A DNA stretch of 60,853 bases, the filler included, from Sphacelaria rigidula (Eukaryota): assembly GCA_964200075.2 (NCBI GenBank). It is 8 parts of 8 records of this genome, joined end to end, with 100 filler letters (N's around TTAATTAATTAA, not from the genome) between each part and the next. Parts side by side here need not be neighbours in the genome. Positions count along the whole stretch, not along the records: positions 45,717 to 53,235 come from CAXNAA020014541.1; positions 53,336 to 60,853 come from CAXNAA020014542.1; 6 more parts are not named here. The stretch is one strand, 5' to 3'. Shown one piece after another: positions 51,361 through 60,853 of this stretch. Position 1 is the first letter of the stretch. Each line of letters starts with the position of its first letter. The notes beneath the pieces are model-generated. The model was not told where the DNA came from. It did no database searches and saw only the letters and a program-made list of their open reading frames with translations. A program made the position numbers and the translations under genes.

Positions 51361-52781
51361 ATTTCGCCTTCGGCTGACACAACTATGCGAATCACGGTCC
51401 ACCCAGAGGCCCTAAAAAATATTTATATATATACATATTCTCGTTTCGAAATTCCGCACAACTACCGTAGCAGTATATGAAATACTCTCGGCCGAACAGT
51501 TCGCGCAACTAGCTACCCGACATGGACCGTCGATGGACAACTTGTGCTACTAGTTGTGTAGCGGCAACTACTGCCTTGATAATCGCTGAACTAGCCAACT
51601 GATTACATAATAGTCACTAGTTATATTCATTTATGACCAAGATGAGGATTAACTCATCCTGGTCAATCCTATTGCAACACGTGAAAACCCAGGTGACCCA
51701 CCCTGGCCACACTTTACCCAGGGTGTAAACGAATGACGTATTATCCGGTTCAAATATCGAAATCGGGAACCGAACTTAGGCCTCGATTACGTTTTCGATG
51801 TCGATCTCTATATTTTTTTCAAGACTGTCGCTGCCGGTGCTGGGCTCTTTCGCAACACCAAAAATCGATAGTTGATTCTTCTATTCCATTTCCATTTCCA
51901 TTTCCTTCATCCTTCCACCACCCCGACTGTGGTGACGCATCGTCATCTGTGGACTCGAACGTTCTGGAGTCGTTGCCGATTTGGGCTGTGCCTAAACCGG
52001 CAAGCAGGGCCATTGTAGGGTGTTCAAAATCAGGATTTGACCTTACTTCTGCTCAAACGTTGGCAACGCAGAATGCACACCGCAAGTTTTTATCGGCGAA
52101 GTGGGGGCGAAGTGTGGTCCGGGTCACCGTATGGACGATACTATCGCCGTGCGCCGCTGATTCATCACGCGGGACAAATTTTTGTCACGTTAACTTCCTT
52201 CCCCTGCTCCTGCCCGCCCCGCCCCTTCATGTCGCCCTCTTGTCCCCATCTTGTTGGTGATACATCTGCAGGACTCCCCTCCCGGATTGCTCATCAGACA
52301 GCCCCGTGGACGTCTGGTCTGACTCGGAGCGCTTATGTGAGTTGTTGAGGGCAGTACATGTCTGTCCGTGGAGCGCAAAAGCTTCTGTGGGGCCTTGCGA
52401 CGACTTGACGTTGTATGCCACACCGTACCGAACTGTACCGCTCTGGAAATAAATGTCAGTGGCTGCACCTCTGCTGGATGCTTCCGGCATGGTTTGTTCA
52501 ATGCCTCGCGCAATGCAAGCGTAATGTCAGGCTCGCCTGTGCTCGATCGCCGCACGATGAAGTTTGAGCAGGTGGTCGCATCGTGTACAATGCATGAGGT
52601 GCCTCCACACTTTTCTGTGTTGACTCCCGGACCGTCGTTTCGGCCGATAGTGACGGAACAGTAAGCTTCCCGCATTCCTCATCATATACCCCATCATGTG
52701 TTCCCCGGGCTTCCCCGCAATTTTCTTTTCCCCAGCAATGCTTGCAAGACTTGATATTTGAGAACTGCATGAAGGCCGGTC

Positions 52782-53120
52782 GCCCCGGTGGCCCAGTTGG
52801 TAACATTCAGACCTTCTGACGGTTGGGTCGTTGGTTCGAATCTCGATGCAGTCCCACGTTCTGGGAGATTTTCTCACATCATGCCTAGCAGTGGGGAGCG
52901 ACTATGACGTGGGTACACAAAATTCGACTTCGCGGTCGACGAGGGAAATGGACCGCTGAACCCCTCTCGCGATAACAAATAAGGCAAGCACCGCAGAAGG
53001 AAGGTGAGGTGCTATAACAAGAGAAGAGCTCCTGCGTTGGCCTCCCTTCTGTGTGACCCCGGCTGGTGCGCCCACATCTACCGAAAGGCGTATCCTGGCG
53101 TCAAGAATAGATGGGACGAC

Positions 53121-53167
<47 letters not shown>

Positions 53168-53170
53168 CCC
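52782..53170 (+). mobile_element. tRNA-derived SINE family A, apparently full length with (CA)n tail
   Basis: A box tggcccagttgg, B box ggttcgaatc, body, 3' module ccccggctggtgcgcccacat..gaatagatgggacgacaa(ca)n; 3' module also at 42310-42425 (-), 45540-45616 (-) and 58220-58290. Confidence 0.8.
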
Positions 53171-54071
53171 CCGCCCCCCCCCACGGGGCCATATCAAAAC
53201 CCGCTCGTGCGCGAGCGCGACAGACGCCGGCCCCCNNNNNNNNNNNNNNNNNNNNNNNNNNNNNNNNNNNNNNNNNNNNTTAATTAATTAANNNNNNNNN
53301 NNNNNNNNNNNNNNNNNNNNNNNNNNNNNNNNNNNCGCTGGACCAGGCTTGCCCTCAAACCGCCAAGCGCGAAGCACCGTGGTGTGTTTGGCGAGTCGCA
53401 TGAAGGGTGAGCTGCATCCCGCCAAGATTGTTCGGCCCGAAGCCTACTGATTATCTTGCATTTGACAGCCGACAGTGAGTTGCTTTATTCTGTGGTATCG
53501 CCACTTCCAGAGACAGCCACAGCTTTTACACTGCCTCATGGGTGTCACCGACTGAGCCATCGGGGCGACCGGCAGTAGGTGTCATGTATACCGGGCACTG
53601 TGTAGCACATTACACCAATATAGGCCGATATCTTACATGCATCGCCTGATGCAGGCACATATGTCACTCGAGATCATCTCATGTAGGCAATAAACTGTTG
53701 TATATCATGTGATATAGGCACATATATTACCTGATATACGTCGGCACACGTATCACATTATACAGGTATATATCATATATAATTAAAGTGCGACAATCAA
53801 TCAATCAAAATATATCTCATATCAGATACCCTCAAAGTCAAGTGTTGCTGAAGACCTCGGTACAGTGTACTCCGGACTATGTGATAAAAGTCATAAAAAC
53901 GTCAATATATATCATATATCCCTGCGAAAAACATGACAAAGGTATATGAAATATCATATCGTATAGGGAAGTATATATAGGGTAGGGGTATACCTATACC
54001 AAGCTCTGCCCCCTACATTAGTTTATTACGCTTTTTTGAGAGACAACAGTGATGGTGGCGCCGAAAATTTG

Positions 54072-54730
54072 CACGATTGTGTTCTGTAAGGTCCGGGTAC
54101 GTTCTGTACGGCATGAGACTCCTTACAGAACTTACAGAACTGTCGTGTACCGGTATGTAATTATTACAGGCTACAGAACCATCAGGTATCGGTATGAAAC
54201 TCGTACAGAAATTACAGAACCTGTCAGGTACGGTACGGGAGGCTTGCAGAAAACTGGTAACGGCAATCGGGTAACTCTTTTAGGGCCTACCCGCCCCTCG
54301 GGTTGGGGAAAAGGTTTTGTGCAGAACTCACAGAACTGTCGGGTACCGGTATAATACTGGATGCAAGTCTTACAGAAGTTCAAGAACTTGTCGGGTACGG
54401 TATGGGAGGCTTGCAGAAAACCGGTACCGGCAATCGGGTATTTTTCAAGAGCATACCCGCGCTCCGGGTACAGGTAAACGTTCCCTACCGAACTCACAGA
54501 ACTGTCGGGTAGGGTATGGAGGGTGCACAGAAAACCGTACCCGCAATCAGGTATCTTATCAAGAGCGTACCCGCCCCCCCGGTAACGCTACGGGAATCTT
54601 ACAGAGATTACAGAACTAACGGGTGAGGGTATGAGAGTCTTACAGAACTCACGGAACTGTCGGGTACGGCAAATACCCGGCAAAATATCCCGGGTATACA
54701 GAAAGCCATACCCTACAGAACACAACCTTG
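54072..54730. mobile_element. Non-autonomous TIR element with internal short repeats, in the CHMP1 intron
   Basis: cacgattgtgttctgta ... tacagaacacaaccttg termini; many acagaact/cgggtac repeats; no clear TSD. Confidence 0.7.
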
Positions 54731-54999
54731 CAATTCTTATCGTTGAACTATTTTTGCTCTCAAGTTGAATACGCACCGGGTGTTCTAGTTGTGCAGGATC
54801 CTTTCTATTGTTAGGATCAAGGCCGAAATCGGTACGAGTTAGGTTGCTACACCTCGTAAGACGTGGTACATGATGTAACCTGTAACCTTCGCGGGAAATA
54901 TTGCGCAGGGTGCGGCACACGCACACCCAGTGATGAAAATTCCTAGAACGACTGTTCGCATCTGCAAAATCAATACCGTACAGCAGCTGTAGCACATAC

Positions 55000-55269
55000 C
55001 TGTTTCATTCGTATCGCGGTCTCCAGCCGCGAGGCTACAGCATCTATTCGACTCCCCAGCCGCAAGCAATTCAGCGCCTGGTTCTTCTCTCGAATCGCAT
55101 TTTGCCCGTAGATACGTGCGCCCTCGATGTTGCCCGCCTTGATGGCTTCTCTTAGCTTTGCCTTCGCAGCTGCCTCGTTTTTCTGGCACTTGAGTGCGCT
55201 CCGCTGCTGCTGTTTCGAAGTAAGCCTCAGGTTGATGAGCTCATTCTCCAGCGACACTTTGTTTCCCAT
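55000..55269 (-). CDS. CHMP1: ESCRT-III subunit CHMP1/Did2/Vps46, exon 1 (gene 3'-partial)
   Basis: 270 nt from ATG to CAG|GTATGT; LINLRLTSKQ..AIKAGNIEGARIYGQNAIREKNQALNCLRLGSRIDAVASRLETAIRMKQ is the CHMP1 signature. Confidence 0.93.
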
Positions 55270-56365
55270 GGTTTTTACTGCCGTAACGTACCTCTCCCCC
55301 CTCTCTCCCCGCTATTGTTGCTTTCCCCCTTATATTTTTGATGACACGCAGTCACTGCCACCACAGTTAAAGCAGTGGCAGGGTACTGCGGGCTTTTCCT
55401 AGGTGGGCCTCGATTGGCGGTACCGTCACCGTTGTTCCCTGTGAATTCCTTGGTACCGTTCTTCCTTTTCTTCCGTACTGTCTGTAATGTTGACAGTTCG
55501 CGTTTTCTGTTGCCCACCGTGCCTGTAGAATAGTTCGATAACTGACGTTTTCAGCAGAAGCCGAAGAAATGAGAAGGCGTAAGAATACTTCGAATAGCAG
55601 GCTGCACACGCGCAGTGAGCTGGGTTGCTGTAGGTGGTTGTCGTAGATGAAGGTAATGCAACCCTCTGGAGGCACTTGCCAGCCGAGGGCACTGCTCCGA
55701 TAAAATGTACCGCATCAATAAATGTTAATATTTATCATAAAACAAGACCAAAATTAACGCGAGGTATTAGTTGGTAATGGACGCAAAATCTGCTGTCAGC
55801 CAAGCGCAGAGAAATCTGATCACCCGAACACGGAAAGGACGTGTGTAGCAAGGTAAGTCTGCAGTTCACTAGCTCACGGTATATGGCGTGCCTTCGTGTC
55901 GTGGGAGGTATGATGCATCCGATGCAGAGTGTCTGCTTAGATCGTCTCTCAGAATCATGTCGCGCAAGCTAACGCAGAAAGAGATGAGACCAAAAACTGC
56001 TTTACGGTAGTGACTGCCGTTTTGTACTGACTGTTCTTCATGTACTCTGTAGCATTCCGCACGACAACTGATGTCTGTTTAGTGTAGGTTCCTGGACTAA
56101 TGTATTTCCACCTCGGACGATGACCCACGACCTCACGAACTTCACCAAATGCATCAACACGTAAAACCGACAGCGTCTGTCGCAAGTTCTGATAACGAAC
56201 ACACCCTTTGCTCCAGTATTCAGTATCGTTCAAAGTGCACATCCTCTGCCACTACTCTCGTTTGACCGACCGATCTCGCACATCGTCCAGCAGGTAGCGC
56301 ACCACAAGCGAACCGAGGGCACTCTTCCCCTCGCGAGGATCGCGGTCACGGCCACCGCAGCGACC
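55270..56365. promoter_or_regulatory. Divergent intergenic region, possible bidirectional promoter, between CHMP1 and METH
   Basis: Start codons point away from each other about 1.1 kb apart in one contig; no recognisable repeat in the interval. Confidence 0.55.
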
Positions 56366-56581
56366 ATGGCAAAGACCGAGCAAAAGTTCAAGCCGTTCCT
56401 TGAGGAACCTACGGGCTCAGTGGCTGAATATCCTCTCTTTGATAGAGGCAAGGGCGATAGCTGCATGGCCTACATGTACCGGCTTTTTCAGGAGAGACTC
56501 GTCATGTACGATGGCGCTATGGGCACCATGATTCAGAAATACAAGCTCGGCGAGGAAGAGTACCGCGGGGAGCGCTACAAG
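56366..56581 (+). CDS. METH: Cobalamin-dependent methionine synthase, exon 1
   Basis: accATGg start; RLVMYDGAMGTMIQKYKLGEEEYRGERYK is the MetH homocysteine-binding domain start; AAG|GTACGC donor; 216 nt. Confidence 0.95.
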
Positions 56582-57451
56582 GTACGCACTAGTCCTAAAA
56601 ATAGTAATTTCTGTTTTTATTGCGAAGTTTTTTCATGTGCTGATCCATAGTAGTGTGTAAATGACATCCCCTCTAAATGAATACCGACACACGGCCTTGC
56701 TTCCGTCTGTACTATAACCATCCCGTTGCAAGCTGGTACGGACGCATGCAGCGTCTCACGGTGACTTTTCATCACGATTCAAAATTGGCCAGCCGGGACA
56801 GCCAGTTTATTGAAAATGAGAAAATCGACAGTTCAAAAATCCCCGTCCTGGGGGCGAAAGAACGGTAAATGCGTCGACGACTGACAGTACTGCGCAGACA
56901 GTACAGTAGTGACACGAGATAAGTTCAAGAGTGGCAACCGATGTGTTAGTTAAGCCCACAGATCTCATGTTCTCAAAAAGTGAGGGGTGGGGAGGGGGAG
57001 GGGGTTTCTTTTCTATAATAGCTAGTGGGGTAACTGCACTCACCGTCAACCATTGCGCGGTCTCATAGGGTAGAGGCTACAAGAACTGTTGCAGTTGCGA
57101 TCGGTCCGTCGATCACACCCTGAGACGATTAAATCTGATTTTTTCTTCCTGTGCACCACAAAACCACAAGGGTATTTTGAACGACGTACTTGAGGTACTC
57201 AAATTAGGGGAGACTGTACGAGTCGTACTCGAAAAAAGTTACGGGAAAGCGACCCCTAAAACCCTACCCCCAACTTTTGTACTTGACGACTTTCACAATA
57301 CCCCGCACTTGAGTATTCTCCACTCGACCCGCCCTTGGTATTTTGCTAGGGCGAAGAGCAACATATGTGTCGGTTGATGTCTGCTCATACCGACCACTGC
57401 CGCCTAGTGTCGTGTCATGTGGCAACCAGGAACCCACGGTTGTAGCCTCAA

Positions 57452-57670
57452 ATCAACTCTTGGGCGGCGAAAGCAGGTGATCAGTTGACTCTGCATTAAC
57501 TTCGCTTGAAAAAAGCAAGAAAAGATCCAGGTGGACCACCCTCGAGGTCAAAGGGTTAATTAACCCTTGGACCGCGGTGCGAGTAGTTCGTGTGGATCAC
57601 CCATTCTTTTTTCAAGTGATCATTGATGCCGATTTAGCAGGTGACCTACCTTCGCGGTCAAAGGGTCAAG
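57452..57670. mobile_element. Two adjacent piggyBac-type MITE copies in METH intron 1
   Basis: Junction gaggtcaaagggTTAATTAAcccttggaccgcgg; family core gatgccgattt present. Confidence 0.6.
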
Positions 57671-59273
57671 CAGACAGTTCATGCCCCTGCATTCCCCCCC
57701 TCGTATTCTCGGTCTACCCCGTACTGAAATTTGATGATGACGTACTAAGAGTAGATTCAACCGTGAATTTTCGTCCCTGGGTTCATCGGAAGTCCTCCTT
57801 GGTCGGATTTTTCACATTTCCACCCGTTCCACCGCGCGGGTAGTCACGGCTCTACCCGAAGGACGCGAACGAACGCCCAAACGTCCCATGCCCTTCACCG
57901 CATTTCTTTCTTGTTTATAAATATAAACGTGCGGTTGATATATGGACACGGTCACCATGTCGTTGGCCTACGACTACGATACTGCCAGATTTTTCTCTTT
58001 TTTTTGTCCTTCTTTGTTTTTCATGTTTTCCGCTTGACTTTTCTTGTTCTTATTTTTAGTGTGCTCTTACTGTCCTAGCTTTCTGTTTTTTTCACTTTCC
58101 TTCAGCGAGTGTTTCCGTTTCGTTTCATCTCGGGTACCTCTATCATGTGACTAATGTAACTACGGCTGAACCTCTTGGGGATCATTTAAGGTGCGACAAT
58201 AAATCCATCAATCTGAGTAACCCCGGCTGATTTGCCCACATATCCCGAAAGGTGAAGGCTGGCGTCCAGAATATACGCGATGAAAACACGCGAATACACG
58301 GTAGCACAAATGATGGTAGATTATTCCGCTTGTAAGGTACGCTTGCGGTGTCCCAAATCCACGTCAAATAAAAACAGTCGGAGGTCACCGTGTCATTCGA
58401 GGCTGGTGCATATTTCGTGTGGTGTTTTCCTCGGGGAAAAAAAAAAAAAAAACCGAGCACAAAGACACCCACACATGCATTTTTTTCGCTCTGTTTCCAC
58501 CACGTCAAGCAGGATCGTACTGTACCGTCTATACTTGTACCAAAGTCTGATGCGGTCTCCTCTCCCATTTTGTGCCGGCCACTGTATGGTCAAGGCAGGC
58601 CCGTTGCGCACATGTCTCGAAATCTCTCCACTTTTTTCCCTCACGCATTAGTCACGGGACTCCATCAGTACACCTGCGATGTATCCGATATGACGGGGTA
58701 TGACGCCCGTTCATGACATTTTTTCCTCTCGATTCTCCACGACAACTCCTCAACGAGGCCGAAATCTGCTTCGTTGCAAGGACCTCATCAATCTCTCGGG
58801 CGTCAAAGGCCACATACTGTATTCACCCCCAAACGATCACTAAAAATATGTGCAAAACAGCTACCTTGTTTGGACATTGTACATGCTTGAACAGCGGTAG
58901 GGGTAAGAATAAAGGAGGTCGCCATAGGCTGTCGTTGGGAATGGTATTCGCAAATAGACGGGAGCTTCAAAACTATACTTGTAGCGTCGTCGTCGGGGTA
59001 CAGCCTCCGCTGATGGTCGACGATTGGTCACCCTCCAAAAGGGACTCGTGTGGGCCGAGGAGTTGAACGAAATATATCGGCAATGCGAGTCCCAACAATC
59101 GGCATCGAGAAGTCTCATCGCCTACGGATGTTTGCTGTACCCTGTTCAGTTGGAACTTCGTCGTTGATGTTGCTACTGCTCATGTTGTTGGATCCCCTAT
59201 GAGGCGTAATGAGACATCCCCTGTTCCACTGTACCCCCGTTCCTTTTTGCCCCACTATACGCCGGGTCGTCAG

Positions 59274-59401
59274 GACTACCACACGTTGGTTAGGGGCAAC
59301 AACGACATGCTGACTCTGACGCAGCCCGACATCATTAAGGACATTCATGTCCAGTATTTGGAGGCGGGTGCGGACCTCATTGGCACCAACACGTTCTCTT
59401 C
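59274..59401 (+). CDS. METH: Cobalamin-dependent methionine synthase, exon 2 (gene 3'-partial)
   Basis: gtcag acceptor, TC|GTGAGT donor; [42 protein letters not shown]; phase 0 join with exon 1. Confidence 0.95.
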
Positions 59402-60853
59402 GTGAGTGCCATTTCGACCATCACACGCTTGGATTTGGTGATTGTGTGGTACCTGTACTCTGTGCAAGTCATTCTTGTTTTGCCTTTTTTTTCGCGTTGT
59501 TGTCGATACCGCCTGCGCGGACTGGGAGCTCTACCGTCGCTAGCGTTGTTTTAGATTTTTTGGTGCTTTGCATGTGTCAGGCTTGCTGGCTTGTACTCAA
59601 CGTGTAGAATGCGTTCAATTTCGACCGCCACAATGACGACCTACAGGCAAGCCCCTGCCCTCTTTAGGCCGCACTTCTTGTCAGGGCCCATACTATCGGG
59701 CTGAGAAGAAACAGCAGAAAGCAAAGTAAGCATCCAAATGCAGCATGTTGATTGGTCATCCCGTGGCGTGATGTCGCGGTGGCCAATCTCTGTGCTGCGT
59801 TTGGGCGTATGCCTCGCTCTTCGTTGTTGTTTTTTTCCAGATCGGTAAGACACGGCCTCAGTACTGTTATACATGAATATAGTGTTGACGTCGTATTTTT
59901 TCGTCTTACGACGTGCTAAACCAATCAAAGGAGCAGAGGACGGAGCCATCAAATGCCCAGCGACCAAGAGTGGGCAAAAGTTGTAATCCTTCAGGGAGGA
60001 AAAGCGTGCCCCGGGGGAAAACACACCCCGTACAATGATCAAGTAATTTTAGAGTGGCGGGTGAGCAGGACACGGATGAAGTGTGTAGTGTGTAGGTAAC
60101 ATAAGTTTTCCCGGTGTCAGAATCATCCAATACCACTACTTCTCGGAAATGTTCGCAATTTGTGGGCGGGTCATTCGCATTCATCGTTCCTGTGTAGAGT
60201 ACGGCTAACAGTGTAGAACTCCCCAGGCAAACGGCCCATCCCGTACACACGACCCGTCCAACTTCCCAACACCGAGCAGCAGCTAGGAGATGAGGTGAAC
60301 CGAGGGTACGCGACGACTATATTGAGCAGCAGTGCAGCAATGGCAGGGGCTGTCACTCCTGCTTGCCCCCCTCCAGCCACGGCTTGCAGCAGCGTGGTCG
60401 GGGGTAAGCCGCCAGCTACTGCTGCGCTCAAGCTGTTGTGTCATGGGCTAGCACATCAATCGCTCCGCATATGTGTTATGGTGTCCGGTCCTCTGCATGT
60501 GCATTCCCGGGTGCCCTTGTGAGCTCATGCGTAGCTTCATCCAGCGAAAGCCCTCTCATGGAGATCGAAGGGGGTGTGTGGATTCCACCGCCAAAGCGGG
60601 GTGGAGACGGTGAAGTGAGAAAGAACGCGGGATGGAGACCGCGGAGAAGCCCTTGGCACTAAAACCAGCTCAATACACTTTGAAATTTCGCATCAAGGGC
60701 AATCGGCACGAAGCAGCTAGCACAGAGAATTACTTGAGTCAGTAGCAGAGACGCTGTCTATGCCTGTACTCCTTCACCCCCCCCCCCTTGCTCCGTCTCG
60801 AAAGGGATGCGTGGTCAATGGTCAAACGACCAAGGCAAGCAACAAATGAGTAC

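Overview
Eukaryotic, intron-rich and repeat-rich genomic DNA, most likely from a brown alga or other stramenopile (inferred from the gene set, short exons and repeat content). The window is not one locus. It is eight contigs of almost identical length (7518-7520 bp) joined by 100-nt N44-TTAATTAATTAA-N44 linkers, so adjacency across linkers is probably artificial. Splicing the sequence by hand recovers partial genes that the ORF track misses or fragments: (1) the last 7 exons of a right-handed beta-helix (pectin-lyase fold) protein, including a GC-AG intron; (2) the last 2 exons of a low-molecular-weight protein tyrosine phosphatase; (3) the last 2 exons of a type II NADH dehydrogenase; (4) a protein with a 15 x 42-bp coiled-coil repeat, a WWE domain and a PARP-like catalytic region broken by a stop and frameshifts; (5) the first exons of a secreted WSC-domain protein; (6) a head-to-head pair of CHMP1 and cobalamin-dependent methionine synthase METH. 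The rest is mostly non-autonomous DNA transposons (hAT, piggyBac, PIF/Harbinger and Tc1/mariner-like), two tRNA-derived SINE families, a decayed RTE-type LINE, a ~550-bp fold-back and microsatellites. Family assignments come from motif recognition only; no database search was run.
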